From: Octopus sinensis
Taxonomy: Eukaryota
NCBI RefSeq assembly: GCF_006345805.1
Contig: NC_042999.1
Location: forward strand, 92,628,001-92,692,000
Length of the DNA: 64,000 nucleotides
Reading direction: 5' to 3'
Both the position numbers and the translations under genes were made by a program. The notes below the pieces were generated by a model. That model did no database searches and was not told the origin of the DNA. It saw only the letters and a list, made by a program, of their open reading frames with translations. Of the stretch, positions 42,440 to 54,545 are shown piece after piece (within the stretch, counting starts at the first letter, position 1; each line of letters begins with the position of its first letter).

Positions 42440-42640
42440 GTTTTAGTGCGATCATTTTTTTCGGGAGCAATTCGGAAATAAGCTGATTACAACTACCCCA
42501 GTGTTCAACTGGTACTTATTTCATCGATCTCGAAAGGATGAATGGTAAAGTCGACCCCGGCAGCACTTGAACTCAAAATGTAAAGTCGGAAGAAATACCA
42601 CTAAACACTTTGTCCGGTACAGTAATGATTCGCCGCCTCT
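42440..42640 (-). mobile_element. SINE family B remnant
   Basis: Minus strand AGAGGCGGCG...TTTTGAGTTCAAGTGCTGCCGGGGTCGACTTTACC...AAGTACCAGTTGAACACTGGGG. Confidence 0.65.
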
Positions 42641-45468
42641 AGCATCATAGAAATATTGTAATCAACTTGCAATCTCACTTTCTACATTAAACTAACTGCC
42701 TCATTCAACAACGTTCACTTCTATACAGATGATACCACACTACACGCGTTTGTAACCTTCCACGAACCACGCGTCATCGACCAAGAAACTTGCATTGGAT
42801 CTATGATAGGAAATCTCAATAATATTCTTTAAATGGGCCATATCAACAATTTATGCTTCAACAACATGCAGTCAAAACCACTCTATCATCGAGAAACAAT
42901 ATTGTACTTCGTGATCTCTAGTCAAAGATAAAATTAAACTAAAACCTTCAAATCAAGACAAATACAAAGTTTCCCAAATTTTGATGGTCTCTCATAGCGA
43001 TCACTTATACACATGGCAAACACTGCATCTCCTATCTTTCTATGAAGCTTATGTGAGTCCTACGTCTGCAGCTGCTGTTAGCCCGCATACACTAGAATTT
43101 TTTGCTTAATGGCATAAAGTCACTCACCTCACAATTTACTGTAGGCCAAATTAACAATTACATCGATCTTACAGACCTCAAAAAGTTTTCAAAGCCACGT
43201 TATAAACACATGTATATATCTCCGCATTGCAAACCTTTAGTGACGTTATGTTTAGTTTGATGTAAGACATGTTAAGATTTACCAAACTAATTTTATAATA
43301 CACACTAGCTTACCCAATTGTGAAGAAAAATAATTTATGCAGCTATGAGTTATTACTTTCAAGGCAAATGCAATATATTAAGTGACATAAAGACAAGATA
43401 TGTCTCAACTATATCCTGAAAACTAGGATTCCTATTTAGATTAACATTACAAAATCAGCCTTAATATAATGCATACCCATATAATTCAGAAATGTAACTT
43501 AGATCTTGGAATAACAGAAAGTCTAACCTAGCAAGCATAAAATAATCACCTCTTGATGATTTGAAACGATTAAGTTACCACCATGCTGCAGTTATTAACT
43601 TAAATTAATCTTACTTCTCTTCACCCGTTTTTCAAGAATCCTGAGTGCTGTCGACTTCACCGACAAAAGAATACAAAAGGAATTAATCATCTATATATAT
43701 TTCACTGTAATTTATATGTAGCAATATAAAGATTTCCCAAAACGTAAAAATAATTCCAAGGGAATGGATTCTTTTGTACGAGGTTCGAAGAGAATTTGAA
43801 ATCAGCTCTGCAAACTAACATAATAACCCATTAATAAAGTTCTCCTTCTTCTCTCCACTCTCTCTTCTTCTCTCTACTCTCAGGTATTGCGATGTTGACT
43901 TGTGAAGTACTTTAAATGTTTGAATCAAGGAAGCACAGCTGTGATCCGATAACCGGAAACGAACCACATATTTTAAGCTTCTCTGTGGCTAACTATTACT
44001 TCACTCATCTGCCACTCCGTAATTGATTAATTTGATTAAAGAGCATTCACACTATTTGATAACATATGTGCGCAGAAAACGCAGAGACAGCTTTAATGAT
44101 GGGTGAGAACAATGTTGGCTTCTTCCGGAAGTCTATTTTCTTAATTCATCTGTTGCTGTTATTTGTTACAGTTAATCACAATTGAAATTGCATATGGCAA
44201 GAAATGTTGTTGGAGAAAATGAAAGAGTCAGTAATTAGTGGTGATTATTGAACAGCGAAAGTAATTCCATTATGAATTATGAGGAGAGAAACAAAGAACT
44301 CAATTTGAAAGCAGTAGCTGGTAAAACCTGAAGTTATAATTCGTTTAACTTCATTCAGTGAGGAAATATCGAACTTCCTTATCCAACTGGACATTCATTA
44401 GCTCCACATTAATTATAAAATTTTCACTCTTTGCAAATATTATATTACCGGCGTATAAAAATTAATTACGCCAAAATAAAATGGTGATGAATTAAGTCAT
44501 AAAATAGTTATAAATATAATTTTATAGCTGACTTCAAGAGTTAGCTTTTAGCCAACTTTCTTGCTAATTACTGGATTTGCTTTGCAACAGAGAATTTTGG
44601 AATATGGGTGTTCACCGCCATATTGGATATTCAGAAAGCCTAACGATAAAAGGTAATGATACAATAATATTTTTAAAAGGAATCAGAAAATAGAATAAAC
44701 ATCAAAACATATTTATGTACATTTATGGATCTAACGGATATAAAAAAGCAGAAAATATGAGTATTTATAAGAAACACCTGCTGATTATGGTTATGCAATA
44801 TCTAAGGAGTAATTTTTACAAAAATATTCTTTCCAAAGACCCCGGGTTGTATTACAAAAATATAAATATCCCAACCCAAATCAATATCTGCTGTCCAGGC
44901 TATAATCTATGCTCAAAAGTCTCTCCAAGAGACTTCGTATGTGTCTCCAAGAGACTTCATGGCTTTGTATGTGTAGATTCAACTCCTTATTTTGCTTATC
45001 AAGTCGCCTGGGTATGAGCATTAAAGGCTTCGAGTTACTCTTGCTTAAAAGCTTGCACATCAAAACTAACAATACATCTAATTCCACCACTTCTATACGA
45101 AATCATCCAACGACCAGGGGATTCTTGGCCAAACCTCTTGGTGCACGTGAAATATCTATCTTACACCCATCCTCCCAAGGTCAACGTCCACAGCGACTGC
45201 AATAACCACAGCTTCTCTTGCCTCTCACGCCTACAGGTCTTGCCTAAGCTTTACAAAGCTCAAGCAAGTTCTGTAATGGAGTAATGTTCCTATGTCATAT
45301 TGATTCTAGAATTACAAGCATTATGTTCATCTCATGGAAATAAAGGTCAGCTGATTGACCTGAAGTAGTTCACCAAAAAACTCCATCTCTGGACCACAGA
45401 CTTGCCGAGTTCGTTTACTACTACTACTACTACTACTACAACTACTACTACTACACCTACTACTACTG

Positions 45469-45516
<48 letters not shown>

Positions 45517-46356
45517 TCACCACCACCGCCACCACCACCACCACCACCACCACCATCCTCTCTGCTTAAACTAATGGTTAATGTAGAGACAACTTAGAAT
45601 TCTCTTTAATATTTCCAGTGTAATAGATATTTATTAATGTATTATAAACATTCTAGACTTACCGTTGTACCAGGCATTACAAAACCACTATTGCTCAGAA
45701 ATTTAGAATTAATCATGCCGACTGTTTATTTTATTTTAAAAATAAACGGTCAGCATGAATCTTTACTGAACAAATCCATCTAACAAGTTCGGCCAGCTCC
45801 CATTATGTATCACTATGCAAAAATATCAGTAACACAAACACAAGTTAAATAGAAATGGGGTCAATCTAAGCTCTACGTTTAATAGCAAAGAATTCATTTT
45901 GAAATATGGTGAGTAAGTAATCCTCTGATTTATCCAAAACTGAATACCGAAAGAAAAAAAAATGCATCCAGCGTAGCAAGAGACATTTTAAAAACCAACT
46001 AGAAAGGAAAATATGCAAACATAATAAAAGAAAATACTAATAAATGCAGCCCTGTTCCACCCGAACTAAAACAAAACACATCGCAAACATGGATCATAAC
46101 AGAAGAGAAAATATCGACAACACAATACACTCTGTAAGATAATAAAGAAAGGATTGATTAGAGACACCCATGACATAACACACCTAATAAATGTAGGAAA
46201 ATAACGAATAGTGCCAAGTAAATGCGTGCACTGACTGAAGAGATTTTAAAATGAAATGAAACAAAAGTTTTAAGAGAAAACTTGCACTTGTTGAAAATAG
46301 TGTAAAACTTTAACGCCTAGTAATAAATTATATAACGAAAAAAAAAACGAAAAAGA

Positions 46357-46467
<111 letters not shown>

Positions 46468-46537
46468 TTTTCAGCTGTTTGTTCTTCCTACTTGTGCAGA
46501 GTCGCTCAAACTTTTACAAGGAGCGGGTTAGACCGGA

Positions 46538-46683
46538 GTAAACACATAAATGTGAAACAAGGTGGAAAAAAGAGTACTCAAATACCAGTGTTGAATTTTC
46601 TGCTGCTTAAAATAAAGCATATTACTCTACCACTGGTATTTGAGTACTCTTTTTTCCACCTTGTTTCACATTTATGTGTTTAC
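46538..46683. repeat. Inverted repeat, perfect 53-bp arms with 40-bp spacer
   Basis: 46538-46590 is the exact reverse complement of 46631-46683. Confidence 0.95.
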
Positions 46684-46979
46684 ACCGATATATATATATA
46701 TATATGATTAAACAAACCAGCTGTTAAATAGAAATATAGAGCAAATATATGAAATACTCATAAATGTCTTAAAAGAATTAGTGTAATGTTAAATGTTGTG
46801 TAGTAATTCGAAGAAGCAGGTGTCGAAATAAACCAGAAAACCTGAAATACATGTTATCTGCAAACACAACATTCGAAAAGGGGCAAATCACAGGAAAAAT
46901 AAGCGAGAGCATAAACAAGGATACAGAATGTGACACTTAATGAAATCAAAATTACATCAAACGTTGTAAAGTCAAGACG

Positions 46980-47640
46980 AATTGCATCTTAAAAATTACG
47001 AAAGCGATATTAATTCAGTTAGTGAAAGCAAAAGTTGAAGGAATATAGAGATTTGAATAACAGATCAAACAATTTGAACAAAATAAATGTTTCGAAAAAA
47101 AATAATGAAACCTTTACAGGGAATTAAACTACAAAAACAATACAAGTAGAGGATCGATCGTTTAAAAAACAAGTAAAAGTAAGTTTGAGAAATGTTTGGG
47201 ATTTAGGATAGCCTCATAAAAACAACTGAACCACCCAGTAAAACAAAAAAATATAAAAATCATGTGCATCACAAGGATGGAATGATATCACAGCGGAAAG
47301 CATAATGGAAGGTTTAATAGGAAAAGAAAATTAGCTCGAAAATCTTTTACAGTCTGTAACACTTTATAGCTGTGATATCAGTATGGAGTTTGGGCTTGAC
47401 AAATGCTGCGAAACTTGTTTCAAATGAGGCAAGCTGATCAACTCAGTAACCATTGACAATGAAATCATTTAAACATTAAACAAACTGAAAAAAAAAAGCG
47501 TATAAATATCTGAAGATCAACGAGGCTTAACGAATTCCTCACGTTAGAATGCAGGAACAAATTCAAAAGGAAAATACTGATCGGACTACGAGGATCCTAA
47601 AAAGTGAGCTCATCTCGAAAATGATATCGAAAACAAATAA
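46980..47640 (+). mobile_element. Highly degenerate R4/Dong-like RT fragment
   Basis: QFEQNK (47070), MEFGLDKC (47383), YKYL (47501), RILKSEL; parallel to motifs in the 15-19 kb element. Confidence 0.6.
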
Positions 47641-48646
47641 CTCACTATTCGTCCCCGAGAGTAAGCTGTAGTTTCATAGGGGTAAACTAGATTATGTGAA
47701 GGATAAAAAGAAAACGAAGAGCAAAAGCTTAACACGTGTGTCGCTTGTAAGAATAAAGGAAAATCCCTTTCACAAAGTTATAGTCAGAGTAGTGACTTAA
47801 CTTTTCAAGGACGCAAAGCATGCTCGAACAAAAAGTTCCGGATCATGACAAAAATCAACTTGTTCTACTAAATTTATAAATGATCAAGGATATTCAGGAG
47901 AAAAGTTGTTCCAATAACAGTACTAGTCGAACTGTTTCGTCAACCTGCGCACATTTCGGAGAGGTTTGGTTGCTGATAGCTCCAATGTGGACAAGTAGTT
48001 CACTTGTAACATTGAGAGTCTAGCACAATAATTGTCGTCTTTGATCAGAAATATCTCAGGGAAATGTTACTCAGACTGAACCCATCATCATGCAGAATCC
48101 ATCTGGACCATCTAAGATAGCCTCAAATAATCCTCCATAGAATGCAACATTTGATTTTCCACCGAACTCACGCATCAACCAGTACAGGGGATTGACGATA
48201 TGACAACATTCCAGGCACTAAAGACAGAACTTTAGTTCAAGCTTTACTCAGGACTGCAATTTTGTCAAAGAAATGAGTTACAAGAGAGCATATCACACAA
48301 ATGGTGACTACTCCAATTCTCCACGTATTAGTCCACGAATGCCTGAAGATATTTAAGTCATCACATGTACAGGTGCATCACCAGTCACTGTATTCTGAGA
48401 CACTCCTGGAATAAGCATTTGAAGCAGATAAACTTTTTGAACAGCGGAACACGTCTTTTCCACGAAAAGCAAAAGAACATAAGTTCTAATAGAAGCAGAT
48501 ATTTCACTGGAAAAAGCAAAACAACCAAGTGCGAAAGTAAACACAGAAGTGCCTAATGATAAATACCCAGTTCTATATTTAAGAGATGAGGAACTTTGTA
48601 CATTATTTACATTTCACGGATATGTGTCCTCATCTTTTTTGTTGTT

Positions 48647-48692
48647 AACACAACGTTTCGGCTGATATACCCTCCAACCTTCATCAGGTGTC
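48647..48692 (-). ncRNA. Minimal type I hammerhead ribozyme motif (HHR1)
   Basis: GACAC-CTGATGA-A-GGTTG-gagggtatat-CAGCC-GAAACGTT-GTGTT: core, 5-bp stem II (one GU), self-complementary ACGT stem III, 5-bp stem I. Confidence 0.75.
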
Positions 48693-48919
48693 TTGGGGAA
48701 TTTCGAACCTAGGTTCTCATTCCTAAGAGTCTCTACATCTACGCAGGAAAGTTAGATGGTTTGAAAGACGAGCTAGTTTTTGATGGAGTTTCTCTATATG
48801 TCTCCATTGAAGTCTAATGTCTGCTCCGTACTGATTAGATAATAAAGTTGTATATTTAAGAGATGAGGAATTATGTACATTATTTACATTTGACGGATAT
48901 TTGTCCTCATTTTGTTGTT

Positions 48920-48965
48920 AACACAACGTTTCGGCTGATATACCCTCCCGCCTTCATCAGATGTC
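48920..48965 (-). ncRNA. Minimal type I hammerhead ribozyme motif (HHR2)
   Basis: GACAT-CTGATGA-A-GGCGG-gagggtatat-CAGCC-GAAACGTT-GTGTT; one stem II mismatch. Confidence 0.7.
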
Positions 48966-49017
48966 TTGGGGAAATTTCGAAACTGGGCTCTCATTTCCAG
49001 GTTCGAAATTTTCTAAT

Positions 49018-49063
49018 GACACCTGATGAAGGCTGGAGGGTATATCAGCCGAAACGTTGCGTT
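49018..49063 (+). ncRNA. Minimal type I hammerhead ribozyme motif (HHR3), in the inverted pLTR
   Basis: GACAC-CTGATGA-A-GGCTG-gagggtatat-CAGCC-GAAACGTT-GCGTT; perfect stem II, one stem I mismatch. Confidence 0.72.
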
Positions 49064-49469
49064 AACAATAAACAAGATGACAAATATCTGTCAAATGTAA
49101 ATAATGTAGATAAATACCCAGTTGTGGAGTTTATTTGACCCAGAAATGCAACACTGTCAAAGACAATCTGTGGACCAGGATCCCTCATACATCATTAACT
49201 CATGTTTATCAACAAGGAATTTCTACAGATGTTGCAACCTCACTGCACTTTTGCACATAACGAGTTGTAGCATCCGCAATAACCAGCACGGAATGTGTTA
49301 GCAGCTGATGGGTTTTCTTACAAGAAGCAGCCCTAACATTCCTTAAGAAAGATTGATGGAGTAATAATAAAATTTAGTAACAACAACAAAATTTTCAGAA
49401 GTAATGTTTTTTTTGCTGATGTTATTTAAAGTAGTGAATAAAAACACTTTAGAGGGCCGAACAAACACA

Positions 49470-49526
<57 letters not shown>

Positions 49527-50422
49527 CTAATGTCTCAGTATAGACTGGGTTTAGATGTTGCCTTTCAGCTTTTACGAATAGTATAAAATTAATATATGGT
49601 GTCAATTTAATTGACTATGCTTGATACCCACGCTTGCCTGGGTTTTGGCCTAAGGGAAAAAACATTATTATTGCTGCAGTACTTAGACAAATAACGAATT
49701 GTTTCGCTTTACAACAACTTGCAGCTCTATGTGCTTTGAGTATGTGCAATATTTTCTTTTGTTTTTGCATCATATTCTGTTACATGGGAATGACATTTAT
49801 ACTATAAACAAAACCCCTCCACCCCTTATTTTAGCTATCTCTATATGTATGTACATACAGTACCTACATACATATGTACATACATACGTACATACATACA
49901 TGCATATGCACATACATAGAAGCATGCAGGCATACATTCATATATATATATTCATACATACATATATATAGATAGAAATATAGATATTCACGTATACTAT
50001 ACTTGCACACACATGCACACACGCGCGTGCGCACACACACGCCAGCCATGCACAGGCACGCACGCTAGCTATTTCCAAGTGACACATACACGTTTAATTC
50101 AGAATCGTGCTACTGTTATGAAGAATAGTAGGTATTGTTTCGGTAATTCTCATGATAATAGAATTTCTAGCCTTTACCAAAATATGAATAATAACCAACG
50201 CTAACTTAAGTTGGGAATTTTAAAGAAATTGCATTAAATTACGTTAGAAACAGCAAGCTTTTTACAACAGACATACAAATGTCTTCGTATGGCAGCCATA
50301 TTGTTAAATCTCTCTGACTTGAACAAAAAAACTTCGTTTGATTTGTATAACAATGTACATAATATATGCAGATGTGTGTGTATTTGCATGTGTGTGTATG
50401 TTTGTGTTTATATATGTATATG

Positions 50423-50469
<47 letters not shown>

Positions 50470-50937
50470 TTACACGCACACATATATGCGCATATACACA
50501 TAAGTAACTGCAGTTAAACACACGTATATGAATAACTAAGCTTACAACAGTTTATTTTTTTGTGTTGCATCTGTAAACAAGCGGTTGAATTGTAGTGGAG
50601 GACATGTATATGTGTACACACAATTTATAACTTCCTACCTATCTGCACATACACATGCACACACAAACAAATATTTGCATTAAAAAGTTTACGTGTGTGT
50701 GTGTTTATAGACCCACATATATGTAGATACACTATATAAATATAGGTACGATTGCAGGTACGCATATTTGCATGTATATGTGTATACACGTGTGTATGTG
50801 TGTGTACATATGTGTATACTTGTATGTATGTCTGTATATATGGTTACACATCATATATACATTAATCCGAATTTTATGGTAATATTCTGTCAATAGTTTA
50901 CAATAAATGAATTTATTATCACTCCTTTCTATATATA

Positions 50938-50991
<54 letters not shown>

Positions 50992-51043
50992 TACGTTCTT
51001 TACAGAATATACCAGAATATGTGTGTGTGTCTATATATATGAA

Positions 51044-51106
<63 letters not shown>

Positions 51107-52667
51107 CGGTGAGAGATTGTGCGTGTTATGTGTATATAAAAATATATTTGTGCATATATATATAGAGAGAGAGAGGGGGATATAAAGTTGTGTCATATAT
51201 ATATGTATATTAATACAAGCATCCATTTGTTTATATGTGTGTGTGATTGCGTATGCGTTTTGCGTGTGTCTTTGTGTACGGAACTTCTGTTTGATAGTTA
51301 CCATTTGCTTGCTTCTTGTCTTATTTATTTATTGTTCTTTTTTTTGTAGATAATAACAATCATTGAATGAAAAGAAATGAATGACTTAGAGATAGAGCAT
51401 CTATTTTGAAGGAAAATATAAAGCGTCGACTGATAAATGTTACTATGGCAAGACTATATAATCAATCTGCTGGACATGACACTGGTGAGAGACGATTGGC
51501 CAACTGGAAAATGTGTTAGGTCGAAATGAAAGGCTGAGAACAGCAGTTGATAACACGACCCAGTGAAACTTTGTATATTTCCTTTTCATTTAAATATATT
51601 TTCAGTGTTCTCTTTGATCTTATTCAGTCATTTCACAAGACTGACGACCCGCTGGGGAGAAGAAAGAGAGAGAAATAGTGAGAGATAGGGGGAGAGTGAG
51701 AAGTAGTTGAGGTAGAAGGAGATTCGGTGAATCGCCTAGATGATTGGTGGAGAGATCAATGCATGTATGTGGGTACGAACGTACGTTTGTCTGTGTGTAT
51801 GTATGTATGTATGATCGTATGTGTATATGTATGTATGTGTTTATGTATGCATCTATGTATGTATCTATGTATGTCTGTATAGTGTGGCATACAGAAAAGG
51901 GATACAGATATATTCGAAATACACGGAAAACGTAGTGACAAATAAACAACTCAAACATTCATATTTCATACACGCATAGATAAATGCATACCACACATAC
52001 ACACACTCTGTCTCTCTCTCTCACACACACGCACAGAAACACACATATTTAAAGAAAAATAGAAGAGAGAATAACCGATAGATATTAAGTTGAAAATTAA
52101 AAAGAAAAAATGATAAATGGAAAGATAAAAATAAATAGATTGATATATTGATAAATAGATTCATATGCTGATGTATATAGTTAGGTTGAGATGAACAGAG
52201 AGTGAGTGGGTGAAAGGAAGAAAGGAAAAGTGAGAAGAAATTCTCGTATATGAGGTATGAGGACATAAAAGCAGCAGGCAGTAAATTAGAGAGGCAATAT
52301 TATTGAGAAAGAGACAAGAGAAAATATTAATAGTGAGATATATTCAATACTTCAAGAGAAAAATGAAAGAAGATATCTAAAACAAAGAGCAAAATAAGAC
52401 AGAGGGATAAATGTATAAAATCAAAACAGATACGCAGATAGTTATAATGTTTGTGTGAGTGTGTGTGTGTATGTGTATGCATATAGAAGTAATTTATTAT
52501 GTGCATTTATATACACACCATATGTGCATGTGTGTATGTATGTTCTTGTGTGTGTGTACGGGTGTGTCTGTGTGTGAATAATGGATACAAATATACATAA
52601 ATACACGCAACGATATAGCTCGCTAGATACTGAAGCAGACATACATTTTGATAGATGTGTGTGTGTG

Positions 52668-52700
<33 letters not shown>

Positions 52701-52752
52701 AAAGTAGGCACACACATATATATATATATACATATAGACATACAAACATACA

Positions 52753-52824
<72 letters not shown>

Positions 52825-53065
52825 CATACACACATATAATTATCAAAGTTGGGTGATAAGTCCAGGTAGATATAATGTAAGCCTCAGAAGTGGACCGAAG
52901 AACATATAATATATCCAACAATTAGACTTTTTCTTAATATATGATGTACACAGGTCCAGAGGATGTAAAACAAGGTTAACAATGGAAAAAAAGGTATATT
53001 AAATATCTATTTCTTTTTATATCTATAAAATCCATAGAATATAGACATTAACAAATAAATAAAAC

Positions 53066-53196
53066 ATCCTACATATGTTTCAGCTGATTTACAAAGAGTA
53101 CATCCATTTATAATTTGATAATTAGATAATTAACTAATTAAATCATTAAATAATTAATAAATACAATCTATTTAGTAAAACAGCTCCATCAGGAAT
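53066..53196 (-). ncRNA. Degenerate hammerhead-like motif with 94-nt AT-rich loop II
   Basis: ATTC-CTGATGG-AGCTG-(94 nt)-CAGCT-GAAAC-ATAT-GT-A-GGAT: stems I-III pair, but core A9 is G. Confidence 0.45.
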
Positions 53197-53633
53197 TTAA
53201 GAGAAAGTTCCTAATTACACCATTTGAAATTGCCATGTAGGTAAATATAAACAACGCAAATGACTATATATATATATATAGTGAGAATTTACAAAAAAAA
53301 AAAAACAAAAGACGAAGACGGGTGTGTAAACAACAAACAGATGTATTAGTTTAACGCTCGGGAAGTGAGAAAGTATTTTACGTTTCAAGCCTACGCTCTT
53401 CGACAGAGAAATAAACAGGGAGAGAAGATAGAGAAAGGTTCAGTGGCTAGCGACCTATCATATATATATATATATATATATATTTGGTAAAATAGAAAGA
53501 TGAATAATCTTGTTGCAGATTAATCAAAAGTTTAACCGATACTTTGGTAGCAAAAATCACGGCAGAAGAAAGCACGGTTGGAGATAAAACCTTTTGGTGT
53601 TGCAACCGTGCGTTGGTGCGGATAATTGAATTT

Positions 53634-54096
53634 TAGTATTATTAGTGAATTGAAGAAATGGAGTTGAACGAAGATTGAACAGAATTCCTTTTATTGCATT
53701 CTACACATGTTTCAAAAGCCACAATTTTCCAAATTCTGATTAAATAAGGATCCCATATTGTGGCTTTCTCTTCAGGAAAAAAATATGAATTCCGTTGGCA
53801 GAACAAAACAGAACAGAGGCGCAGCAAAGCAATTTGAACGAGGCGGCTCTTTAAGAGCCCATGAGTTCACCCATGGGCTCTTAAAGAGCCGCCTCGTTCA
53901 AATTGCTTTGCTGCGCCTCTGTTCTGTTTTGTTCTGCCAACGGAATTCATATTTTTTTCCTGAAGAGAAAGCCACAATATGGGATCCTTATTTAATCAGA
54001 ATTTGGAAAATTGTGGCTTTTGAAACATGTGTAGAATGCAATAAAAGGAATTCTGTTCAATCTTCGTTCAACTCCATTTCTTCAATTCACTAATAA

Positions 54097-54101
<5 letters not shown>
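53634..54101. repeat. Perfect palindrome: 230-bp arms, 8-nt loop AGTTCACC
   Basis: 53634-53863 is the exact reverse complement of 53872-54101 (checked by eye; the ORF track gives identical peptides on both strands). Confidence 0.97.
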
Positions 54102-54150
<49 letters not shown>

Positions 54151-54153
<3 letters not shown>

Positions 54154-54449
54154 CGTGATCGACAAGGCTATCAGATGTTGCTACACATCGCTGGTCACAA
54201 TGCGCTTCGCATTGTTTTAGCCTTCAAATGACGCCACCCCGCTGGCTAAGCGAGTAGGCTAACAGAAGAAAGAGTGAGAGAAAGTTGTAGCGAATGAGTA
54301 CAACAGGGATCGTCACCATCCCCTGCCAGAGCTTCGTGGAGCTTTAGGTGTTTTCGCTCAATAAACACTCACAACGCCTGGTCTGGGAATCGAAACCGCG
54401 ATCCTACGACCACGAGTCCGCTGTCCTAATCACTGGGCCATTGCGCCTC

Positions 54450-54451
<2 letters not shown>
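54151..54451 (-). mobile_element. tRNA-derived SINE family D
   Basis: Head GGAGGCGCAATGGCCCAGTGATTAGGACAGCGG...GCGGTTTCGATTCCCAGACC with clear A/B boxes, then about 230 bp of non-tRNA body ending at (TA)n. Confidence 0.8.

Positions 54452-54540
<89 letters not shown>

Positions 54541-54545
<5 letters not shown>

Larger units (their letters stand above)
48573..49108 (-). mobile_element. 536-bp internally deleted Penelope-like element (inverted pLTR + pLTR + ORF N-terminus + pLTR) with 15-bp target-site duplication
   Basis: TSD GATAAATACCCAGTT at 48558-48572 and 49109-49123. Three copies of a 110-150-bp unit. The minus-strand unique segment (about 48726-48848) reads TLLSNQYGADIRLQWRHIEKLHQKLARLSNHLTFLRRCRDS, like Penelope ORF N-termini. 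Confidence 0.8.

Noticed and set aside
43841-43990. Strong polypyrimidine tract + CAG as a splice acceptor
   Set aside because: All three downstream frames hit stops within about 10 codons and no matching donor was found.
48180-49330. Host sequence around the mini-Penelope as an L2/CR1 RT remnant
   Set aside because: Only a weak frameshifted ETLLGISI..TFEQ resemblance; too degraded to list as a feature.
53378-53406. Minus-strand TCGAAGAGCGTAGGCTTGAAACGTA as a hammerhead
   Set aside because: Core reads TCGAAGA rather than CUGANGA and stem I cannot be formed; at most a relic.
53758-54093. 111-aa ORF crossing the palindrome centre
   Set aside because: No recognisable domain; a consequence of the inversion, with the same peptide on the other strand.
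54380-54451. tRNA-like sequences (also 10779-10850, 34659-34735, 37993-38060)
   Set aside because: SINE heads: A/B boxes are present, but acceptor stems do not close and they run into repeat bodies.
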